A stretch of DNA of 64,000 bases from Nitrososphaeria archaeon (lineage in GTDB: Archaea; Thermoproteota; Nitrososphaeria; Geothermarchaeales; JDFR-13), in assembly GCA_027078545.1 (NCBI GenBank), contig JALWXN010000004.1, forward strand, positions 512,001-576,000, given 5' to 3'. The notes below the pieces were generated by a model that was not told the DNA's origin, did not search any database, and saw only the letters and a program-made list of their open reading frames with translations. How positions within the stretch are numbered: position 1 is the first letter of the stretch; each line of letters begins with the position of its first letter. Positions 32,980-41,138 of the stretch are shown piece after piece. The translations under genes were made by a program, and so were the position numbers.

Positions 32980-34460
32980 ATAGAAAGCTAGCCGAAGAGA
33001 TCCACAACAAACATAAGATAATGGGGATAGAGCTAGACGTCCTATTCCCAATGACCGGGGGATATATAGGAAAGCCCTATGACGACCTCCTAGGTCTCCA
33101 TGTACCAGAACCAAAAGATTTTAAATATCTATGGAGGTGGTGGGCGAGAATATTCATAAATGATGATCCAGACAACAATCTTCAGGATTTAGATAACAGA
33201 GTGGCGAAGGTTCTTGGTGGTACTTCGAATGATACTGGAAAGTCGCTATTTGATTTAGGGGTTCACGTCGTTGATGTATATCCTCCAAACATTCAGTATT
33301 TACCACCAGACTCCCTTTCAGTAGCCGTTAACAAATTGGCACATGAGGCATTTCAAGAAATTAATAACCTAGTGAGGATCGATATAATCCATCATGTTAG
33401 CCTATCAATCGGTGATCCGTCAAAAGGTGATATAAATGTCTCGATTTATAGGGACAGAAATAACAAAGAAGATGAATTTACCCTTATTGAGTCTTATGAT
33501 GAACTTTTTTCGAGTTATTTAAGTGGGGTAGATTACAAAGATGAAATAGCTAACTTTATGCAAGCAATTCCAAGGGTGAAACTCATAACTAGAGATAGAA
33601 TTGATAACGTCAGAACCCTTAGGAGTGATGAGTTTAAAGATAGTTTGAGAAAATCTTTGGTTAAGATTCTATCCCACCTATTCATTCCGCAAAGGATCAA
33701 GCTCAAACTACTTGTATATAGAAGTGATGCATCACGTGAAATAAGTGGTTATCATGCCGACTATCTAAAGTACCTCCTCGCATCCTTAATCCTCGGATCC
33801 ATAGGCTATATGAGCAGTAGGGGGATGGGGAGTATCGTTCCACCAAGAGATCCTAGCAACATAATCATTAATGCTGACGGACTTGAAGATGATATCAGGA
33901 ATTCTTACGGGGAACTACTGGATATACTCTTTTCGGGAGCTAGTAATATTGATATAAGCAGATTAAGGGAGGCTCTCGGATTAAGGACACCACTTCGCAT
34001 AAATAACATGCCTATGGTTCCTATCTTACATCCAAATTACTCATTCGTGATAGTCAAGAGATGTACCTCTAGTCAAGATGAGTTGTCCATACTAAGTAAG
34101 ATTAGTCAAACTATCAGCGGTAATAATAGTTTGTGCAATAGAGTCAATAGTAACACCCGCTCTCTAAACTGGGCTCTATGTAAATTAATGATGGGTGCTC
34201 CCAGGAAAAGCATAAGTTCTAAATATCCACGTGGTCTAAGGGGACATGAAGATTGTATTCCAAGAAGGAGGAGGTCGGCTATATCCTACAAAATGCTAGC
34301 ATATCCAAATATTAAAACGATTCTTACAACCGGATTCCTTTCAAGAGACATAGTAAATAGAGGTAGGCGTAGCAGATGTTGGAATAACTCCAGCTTGATG
34401 AGAGAATTGGACACGCTTTTCAAAAGTATCGGCCAAGAGATATCTAGAATCAGTTGTTAG
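32964..34460 (+). CDS. cmr1: Type III-B Cmr1 (divergent)
   Basis: FPMTGG...KYLWRWWAR, LGG, GSIGYMSSRGMGS Gly loop and RR.S; last gene of the cmr operon. Confidence 0.78.
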   Translation: MGNNIDRKLAEEIHNKHKIMGIELDVLFPMTGGYIGKPYDDLLGLHVPEPKDFKYLWRWWARIFINDDPDNNLQDLDNRVAKVLGGTSNDTGKSLFDLGVHVVDVYPPNIQYLPPDSLSVAVNKLAHEAFQEINNLVRIDIIHHVSLSIGDPSKGDINVSIYRDRNNKEDEFTLIESYDELFSSYLSGVDYKDEIANFMQAIPRVKLITRDRIDNVRTLRSDEFKDSLRKSLVKILSHLFIPQRIKLKLLVYRSDASREISGYHADYLKYLLASLILGSIGYMSSRGMGSIVPPRDPSNIIINADGLEDDIRNSYGELLDILFSGASNIDISRLREALGLRTPLRINNMPMVPILHPNYSFVIVKRCTSSQDELSILSKISQTISGNNSLCNRVNSNTRSLNWALCKLMMGAPRKSISSKYPRGLRGHEDCIPRRRRSAISYKMLAYPNIKTILTTGFLSRDIVNRGRRSRCWNNSSLMRELDTLFKSIGQEISRISC

Positions 34461-34546
34461 AACGAAGGGCTAACCCAGATGAGAGATAATTCTTATGGAT
34501 AGGTGTTGTGTTTAGCTGAAATTAAATAATTTTCATCTTCACCTTT

Positions 34547-35821
34547 CTAGATGTTACTCAACCATTTCCATAGTGGTGTGTGTTGTATTGTTTGGTTTTT
34601 GTGTTGGGTTGTGGTTTCTAGGTTCCATGTTATGACTCGGAGGTTTTTGCATTGAAGGTGCTCCCCTATCTTGACTAGGTTGTTGAGTTCTCTTCGTTCT
34701 ATCTCGTCGTGGCTGTTTGCGTAGGTTACCTGTATGAGCTCCTTGGTCTTGGTGCCTTCCCTGAGTATGAAGTCTACTTCTCTTCCCCTGTTGTCTAGGT
34801 AGTGGTATATCTGTAGGAGTGGCTCTTTATTCGTCCTCCTGAGTAGTTCTAGGTAGACTGTGTTCTCCATCTTCTTCCCGATGTCCCTCTCTATCTGGAG
34901 TGGTTTTGCGAGGCCTAGGTCTGCTATGTATACCTTCTTGGGCCACATCCTCCTCTGGTATACGCTTGGGGAGTAGCGGTCTAGGAAGAATACGCTTAGT
35001 GTGTCTCCCAATGCGTCTAGGTAGCTGTAGACGGTCTTCTTGGATAGCCCTGTCCTCTGCCCAATATAGTTCACTATCTTCTTGATGCTTAGAAGGTTAG
35101 AGTAGTTCTGGAATATGAATTCGAAGAGGAGCCTGGCGAGCTCGAAGCTCCGGAGCCTATGCCTCTCTATAAAGTCTCTGAGTAGGATCTCGTCGTAGTA
35201 GGTTCTCAGTATCTTCTCCCTGGTGAAGCGGTCGCTGGCCAGGACTACCTCTGGGTAGCCCCCTATCTCGAGGTACTCGTCTAGGAGCCTGAGTATGTAT
35301 CCCCTCTCCTCAAAGGTCGGGTACATGTCTGGGCTGGAGCCCCTGGCACTGAGGAATTCTCTGAAGCTGAAGGGTAGGAGTAGGTAGGATACCGCCCTCC
35401 CCCTTAGCTGTGTAGCCAGCTCCCTGCTCAGCAGCTTGGATGAGGAGCCAGTCACGAATATCCTATAGCCATAGTCGAGAAGCGTCCTCAGGAGGGCCTC
35501 CCAACCCCGAGCCTCCTGGACCTCGTCGAGGAGGAGGGTGTCAGGCCTAGTCCCAGTGACCTCTGTATAGATCTCCACCGCCTCGAAGAACTCCCTAGCC
35601 CCTACCCCCCTGAAGAAGACGTTCTCAAAGTTTAGATACATAGCCCTGGGGTATCGATGGGTCAGCAGGTAATACATGTAGAACGTCTTACCCGACCTAC
35701 GCGGCCCAACAATAGCGACGATCTTACCCGGAATAGGCCTGGCGTCAAGCTCGCGGAGGACCCCCTTGAACACCGGTCTCCTCCTAAAATAGTCTATAAC
35801 CACGTCTCTATCCAGAGGCAT
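34547..35821 (-). CDS. AAA+ ATPase (COG1373/DUF4143-type)
   Basis: GPRRSGKT, LDEVQ, TGSSS, LRGR, PFSFREF, GGYP, KVYIADLG, EN.V and EVDF..IQV. Confidence 0.92.
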   Translation of the reverse strand: MPLDRDVVIDYFRRRPVFKGVLRELDARPIPGKIVAIVGPRRSGKTFYMYYLLTHRYPRAMYLNFENVFFRGVGAREFFEAVEIYTEVTGTRPDTLLLDEVQEARGWEALLRTLLDYGYRIFVTGSSSKLLSRELATQLRGRAVSYLLLPFSFREFLSARGSSPDMYPTFEERGYILRLLDEYLEIGGYPEVVLASDRFTREKILRTYYDEILLRDFIERHRLRSFELARLLFEFIFQNYSNLLSIKKIVNYIGQRTGLSKKTVYSYLDALGDTLSVFFLDRYSPSVYQRRMWPKKVYIADLGLAKPLQIERDIGKKMENTVYLELLRRTNKEPLLQIYHYLDNRGREVDFILREGTKTKELIQVTYANSHDEIERRELNNLVKIGEHLQCKNLRVITWNLETTTQHKNQTIQHTPLWKWLSNI

Positions 35822-35839
35822 AGTGAATAAAATATGTCT

Positions 35840-35901
35840 AAACCCGTTAAAAAGTTCCCTAAGGAAACCAAAAACCCGTTAAAAAGTTCCCTAGGGAAAC
35901 C
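35840..35901. repeat. Tandem 30-bp direct repeat upstream of the ATPase, containing a TATA-like box and a palindrome
   Basis: AAACCCGTTAAAAAGTTCCCTA(A/G)GGAAACC at 35840-35869 and 35872-35901. Confidence 0.85.
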
Positions 35902-36208
35902 TACCAACCAAATAATAAAAAAGGCCCAACCACACCATACTAGGCCATACATCCCTCAATCAGGCCCTCAGCTCCTCCTCAAGAAGTTGGTCGGCCTGCT
36001 CCTCCACCACGTCAAATGTAAGGTCCTCCCTACCGTATCTACCTCTAAGCCTAGTTAGTGGATCCTCCTCAGCACCCGTCATACCCAATGTATTGATACT
36101 AAAAACCCCTACAAATATCAACAAAGCCTCCACGACATTCAACACACATGTATCCATTACGTAGCCATTACAATAAACCAGTCTAACACTAACATCAGAA
36201 AGAACACA

Positions 36209-37994
36209 CCTCCAACCCTTCCTAGTCTGGTTCTAACACCAAGGAGGACTACGAGGTTCTGACAGGGCTCTTCATCTTTCAACCCTTCCTAGTCTGGTTT
36301 TAACCGTTTCCTCGAGGCTGAGAGGGTCCCTCAGGAGGTGAAGGGGAATGGAATGCTTTCAACCCTTCCTAGTCTGGTTTTAACACGTGAAGCACGACGT
36401 CCCCCTGCTTGGCGCTCGTAAGATCGAGCTTTCAACCCTTCCTAGTCTGGTTTTAACGAAAACGTTTTACGCAATGTATTCTACAAGTAATATGTTTCTC
36501 TTTCAACCCTTCCTAGTCTGGTTTTAACTACTCAGAAACATCAAAGAGCTAATAGAAATATATTGTGCTTTCAACCCTTCCTAGTCTGGTTTTAACTCAA
36601 ACGCCATACTCTATCACCTCCTCTAGAACTCACACTGCTTTCAACCCTTCCTAGTCTGGTTTTAACTATAAGCCGATACTGAAACTGTTTATGCCGTATC
36701 TAGCGCTTTCAACCCTTCCTAGTCTGGTTTTAACAAACTGGTATGGCGATTACTGATGTCATTAGACTTGCAAGCTTTCAACCCTTCCTAGTCTGGTTTT
36801 AACATAGTAGGCTCAAGTACTTCTCGGTCTTGTGGCTTGGCATCACCTTTCAACCCTTCCTAGTCTGGTTTTAACATCGTCAAGACAGCAAGACCATCAC
36901 CCCCGCCACTAGAACGCTTTCAACCCTTCCTAGTCTGGTTTTAACTGGTATGATGGCCTGTCTCAGGAGTAGCTTCATCATGCTGACTTTCAACCCTTCC
37001 TAGTCTGGTTTTAACCGTCCGGCTTGAGCTTGTGGAACGGGACTACTACACAACTTTCAACCCTTCCTAGTCTGGTTTTAACATCGTCAAGACAGCAAGA
37101 CCATCACCCCCGCCACTAGAACGCTTTCAACCCTTCCTAGTCTGGTTTTAACAAGTTGTTCGACGATTGGAAAAGTGTTTTTCATCTCGTTTACTTTCAA
37201 CCCTTCCTAGTCTGGTTTTAACCTTCTCTGGGGTGGTGGCTTCCTGCCGCAGAGTATTGTTGTTCCCTTTCAACCCTTCCTAGTCTGGTTTTAACCATCC
37301 TGGTACAGGGAGCAGGACAGTAAACATAGATCTTACTTTCAACCCTTCCTAGTCTGGTTTTAACACGGGAAAGTCTACACTAGCACTACGCATGATGAAA
37401 TATGTCCTTTCAACCCTTCCTAGTCTGGTTTTAACACAGATACCGATTCCCGCCAATGTTGTTGTCCGTTTTATTCACTTTCAACCCTTCCTAGTCTGGT
37501 TTTAACACTACGTAAAACTGATGACGAAGACGGGATAGAGGATGAAGCTTTCAACCCTTCCTAGTCTGGTTTTAACTTCATCATGCGTAGTGCTAGTGTA
37601 GACTTTCCCGTTCCCTTCTTTCAACCCTTCCTAGTCTGGTTTTAACATGGGTGTTCTGTCAGGCTTATAAGCCTGAACCGATTTCTCTTTCAACCCTTCC
37701 TAGTCTGGTTTTAACGTATCTCCCGCCGAATATCTGGGTGGAGGTAGAAGTCCTTGACTTTCAACCCTTCCTAGTCTGGTTTTAACTGGATGATGAAGGG
37801 AAGGTGGTGAAGACCATCCCGAAGAGCTTTCAACCCTTCCTAGTCTGGTTTTAACATGACGGTAGCGGAAACCCGACAGGGGTCGCAGTCTACATACTTT
37901 CAACCCTTCCTAGTCTGGTTTTAACATATATATGATGTGCTCCACATCTTCAGGTTGTAGGGAGCCTTTCAACCCTTCCTAGTCTGGTTTTAAC
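36209..37994 (-). CRISPR. CRISPR array 3: 26 repeats / 25 spacers, repeat GTTAAAACCAGACTAGGAAGGGTTGAAAG
   Basis: CTTTCAACCCTTCCTAGTCTGGTTTTAAC repeats on +, one base different from array 2; degenerate copy on the left, leader on the right. Confidence 0.98.
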
Positions 37995-38137
37995 CCGTGG
38001 GTTTTCTTCTGTTTCTATATAGACGTTTTTGGTGTTTCTATTATTTAAGTTTTATGTGTGTCAAACCTTTGATCCTGCAGGGGGTTTATAAAGATGTGAC
38101 GCAGAAAAGTATATAAAGCTTTATAAAGGGGGGTCTT
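37995..38137 (-). promoter_or_regulatory. Array 3 leader (divergent from the second cas6)
   Basis: Near-identical to 16156-16298. Confidence 0.88.
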
Positions 38138-38168
38138 TGGGGCTGGTTCTGTTTTATGAATTTTTGAT

Positions 38169-39035
38169 GTGATGGTTTTTGATGTGAGGTTGCTTCTCCG
38201 TCTTAGGGCATTGGGAGATTTTGATTATGATCTGGAGTATTACCCCCGTGTCCAGGGCTTCCTCTATGATCTGCTTAGGGGGAGTGACTATGACTTTCTG
38301 CATGACGCGATGGGTGATAAGTTCTTCTGCTTCTCCAACATCTTCCCCGTCCCCCTTGATAGGGATACTGGGGATAAGCAGGTGGCTAGCCACGAAGATG
38401 CTTCTAATGGAGAGGAGGAGGCGTCTGTCGATGCGTATCAGATTAGGAGGGGTGATGTTAAGTATCTAATCATATCGACTCCGGATAAGAGGCTTTTCCA
38501 AGCCTTTGAAGACGGGCTTAGGGAGCATAGGGATAGCCAGGGGGGTGTGGCCCGCTTCGGCAATATGGTCTTCCAGGTACTGGACTGGAAGCGTGTCAAT
38601 GTCAGGGTTCCTGACCATCCATTCATCATCAGGTCGGCCACCCCGGTTGTCTATAGGATATATAGGCCGAGATATGGGGAGCTCGGGATAAGGAGTGATA
38701 AGGAGTATGTATATTGGCGGGAGGAGTATGGATTGGACACCCTCCTCAGGCTTATTAGGGAGGATATATCCACTAAGCACCTCATCTTCTATGGCCGCCC
38801 ACCGTATACGCTTGACTTCATCAAGAGGATAAGGTTTGTGAAGTCGGTTAGCGCCCACTTCACGATGAACCGTAGGAGGGTCCAGGTCGTCGGGTCGATA
38901 ATAGAGATCCATATCGACGATCCACTAGACAGGGAGGCGAAGAGGGTCGTCCGCTTCTTCCTGGATACTGGGCTTGGTGAGAGGAATCCCTTGGGCTTCG
39001 GCTTCATTAATATAATTCGTCGAAAGAATCGTTGA
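38169..39035 (+). CDS. cas6: Cas6 endoribonuclease
   Basis: QGFLY.LL....Y..LHD..G.KFFCFSNIFP and GLGERNPLGFGF. Confidence 0.95.
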   Translation: MMVFDVRLLLRLRALGDFDYDLEYYPRVQGFLYDLLRGSDYDFLHDAMGDKFFCFSNIFPVPLDRDTGDKQVASHEDASNGEEEASVDAYQIRRGDVKYLIISTPDKRLFQAFEDGLREHRDSQGGVARFGNMVFQVLDWKRVNVRVPDHPFIIRSATPVVYRIYRPRYGELGIRSDKEYVYWREEYGLDTLLRLIREDISTKHLIFYGRPPYTLDFIKRIRFVKSVSAHFTMNRRRVQVVGSIIEIHIDDPLDREAKRVVRFFLDTGLGERNPLGFGFINIIRRKNR

Positions 39036-39167
39036 TCAGCCCTGAAAAAGGCTTTGGAGACTGTCTATGCCCTGTTTAGCCGTCAAAATTGATTTATATA
39101 ATTGTGTATAGCCATATTATCCTTAGCCCGTTTCCTAACGGGCCCAGCGTCGTGTGGGGTGTATCCT

Positions 39168-39515
39168 ATGGAGGCCTCCCGATACGTCAAGGCCTTCAAC
39201 TGGGCCTTTATGGTGGGGAAGCTCATCATGGATAGCCAGGGTAGGGATGAGGGTGAGAAGCTCCTTAAGAGGCTGCTCTACGACCTTAGGGGTGAGGACC
39301 TGCCTGGCCGATTCAGGGATGTCCTTATGCAGGATATTTACTACCTCCAGACTGCCAGGGAGGTGGAGAGTCTGAAGAGCATCAGCGTGCCTCGATTCAT
39401 CCTGGAGGAGGGCCTCTATGGGGACCGTTTCTACTATCTGAAGTCCGCTATTATAGCGGGCTTCATGAATGCCCTGGCATCCTCGTATGGTGGAGGTGAG
39501 GAGGGTGGCGAGTAA
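39168..39515 (+). CDS. csa5: Type I-A small subunit Csa5/Cas11
   Basis: Small helical protein first in the operon (LLYDLRGED.PGRF...FYYLKSAIIAGFMNAL). The start is inferred from a GGGGTG RBS. Confidence 0.65.
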   Translation: MEASRYVKAFNWAFMVGKLIMDSQGRDEGEKLLKRLLYDLRGEDLPGRFRDVLMQDIYYLQTAREVESLKSISVPRFILEEGLYGDRFYYLKSAIIAGFMNALASSYGGGEEGGE

Positions 39516-40428
39516 GACGATCTCAATCGGGATAATAGGACGGATAACCGGGAACGTGAACGCCGATGGTGTCGTGGGCCAGCGCATACTGATCAAGAAG
39601 ATGTACTCCACCAAGGGTGAGGTCATACCCTTCGTATCGGCCCGTGCGGTTAAGAGGGCCATCAGGGATGAGCTGATGAACCGTGGATTCAAGATAGACC
39701 CCTTCATAAAGGGGAAGAAGGGAGCGCTAGACCTGTCAGACAGCGGCAAGCCCGATGAATATGTCGACAACGACCTATTCGGATACATGGTGCCCGTCTC
39801 TGGGGAGAGGGCGTGGATCAGGCAGGCACCAGTGGCGATTTCGTACTTCAAGGCTTTGAGGGACACGCCTGTCAGGGCGGAATTTGGTGGTAGGTTTCCC
39901 AGGCCACATGGGCCGAGTGGCGACCCTGTACCCTTTGAGGTTGAGGTGGCTGACTTCATAGGTAGGGTCTGTAGCATCGTGTACGACTATATAGGTGACT
40001 TCACGAAGGAGGTGGAGGCCGGTAATAATAGTATTAAGACACCAGTCCTGAGTAATGATGAGCGTAGGAAGCGGCTAGGAGCCTTCCTAGACATATTCCT
40101 CACCCCAAGCTATGTACTGCCTAGGAGGACTAACAGCCTGGTTATGCCCGAGTATATCTTGGCAGTGGCCGCCTTCTCAAAGGTCGGTCCAATACCCGTC
40201 TGCAACTACCTTGACATCGATGCAGATGGTAATGTTGATCTCAACCTTCTCAGAGGTCTCGTAAAGATGAAGGAGAAGTATAGGGGCGATGTAGAGATCT
40301 TTATCATAGCGTATAAGGATGCTGTGAGGATAATGGATGATCCAGTCCTAAGAGAGATAGCCTATGTTGTCGATGATCCGGACTACGTGGTCAATAAGCT
40401 GGTAGACCTGATGTTCCCTAAGGAGTAG
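39505..40428 (+). CDS. cas7: Type I-A Cas7 (Csa2/DevR family)
   Basis: GNVNADG, PFVSARAVKRAIRD, DLFGYM and R.APV.ISY; GTG start after GGAGGTGA. Confidence 0.9.
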   Translation: MASKTISIGIIGRITGNVNADGVVGQRILIKKMYSTKGEVIPFVSARAVKRAIRDELMNRGFKIDPFIKGKKGALDLSDSGKPDEYVDNDLFGYMVPVSGERAWIRQAPVAISYFKALRDTPVRAEFGGRFPRPHGPSGDPVPFEVEVADFIGRVCSIVYDYIGDFTKEVEAGNNSIKTPVLSNDERRKRLGAFLDIFLTPSYVLPRRTNSLVMPEYILAVAAFSKVGPIPVCNYLDIDADGNVDLNLLRGLVKMKEKYRGDVEIFIIAYKDAVRIMDDPVLREIAYVVDDPDYVVNKLVDLMFPKE

Positions 40429-40439
40429 GGACTGGGCTG

Positions 40440-41138
40440 GTGATGAAGGCGGTACTTGTTGAGGTGGAGTTCCCCGAGGCGGTCTTCACCTCCCACTACA
40501 CCAAGGGCTTCAGGGAGACCTATCTAATACCACTCCCCACATCCGTAGCAGGGATGTTCGGCGCCATGCTGGGCATAGAGAGGTATAATATGCCCAGCTT
40601 CATCAGGAACAAGTGGTTCGGGGCGAAGCTACTATCCTATAATGGTGTAGGGAGAGAGATCTACTTGTTCCCAAAGATTAAGGGAAAGGCTGATAAAAAC
40701 ACGTGGAATGTGGAGTGGGCCCCCGCGTTCCAGGGCATAGTGAATAACCCCAGGTATCTAATAGCAATGGCATCTGAGGATGAGGGACTCCTCAGAGACG
40801 TTCTACGGAGCTTGGGTAGGGGCTTGGTATACCTCCCATATGGAGGGCTTAACGACTTCATAGCCCTGGATGTAGAGGTTCACGGGGATCTCTACGACGT
40901 AGAGCTTACTAAGGAGGTTGAAGGGTATGCTCCTGAGGATGATGTGGCGACGGTCATACCGATGGAGGATGGGGAGATGTATAAGTCCTATGTGAAGTAT
41001 CGTGGAGATGTTGCCACATTCATAATGGTCTATAGGGCCAGGATCAGGCTGAAGAGGGAGGTATACGCAGTGAAGGACTATGGAGTCCCCCTCTACGAGA
41101 TCGGGGAGAACTTTAATTATCTGGTGATGGGTAGGTGA
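40440..41138 (+). CDS. cas5: Cas5
   Basis: A.F..HYTKGFRETYLIPLPTSVAGMFGAMLG and PYGG.ND. Confidence 0.9.
   Translation: MMKAVLVEVEFPEAVFTSHYTKGFRETYLIPLPTSVAGMFGAMLGIERYNMPSFIRNKWFGAKLLSYNGVGREIYLFPKIKGKADKNTWNVEWAPAFQGIVNNPRYLIAMASEDEGLLRDVLRSLGRGLVYLPYGGLNDFIALDVEVHGDLYDVELTKEVEGYAPEDDVATVIPMEDGEMYKSYVKYRGDVATFIMVYRARIRLKREVYAVKDYGVPLYEIGENFNYLVMGR

Noticed and set aside
35960-36157. 65-aa ORF whose C-terminus resembles an antitoxin tail
   Set aside because: It lies in the skewed trailer flank with no recognisable N-terminal domain or partner toxin; at most a remnant.
15323-36916. 15-nt match TGGCGGGGGTGATGG between an array 2 spacer and the reverse complement of the duplicated array 3 spacer
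   Set aside because: The core is a Shine-Dalgarno-like GGGGGTGAT and the flanks diverge, so it is probably coincidental.
37365-37617. Deriving the PAM from the overlapping complementary spacers
   Set aside because: With the array transcribed on -, the overlap reveals only the 3' flanks, not the 5' PAM side.
8957-37994. Self-targeting spacers against genes in this window
   Set aside because: No full-length match was spotted by eye; a genome-wide alignment is needed to settle this.
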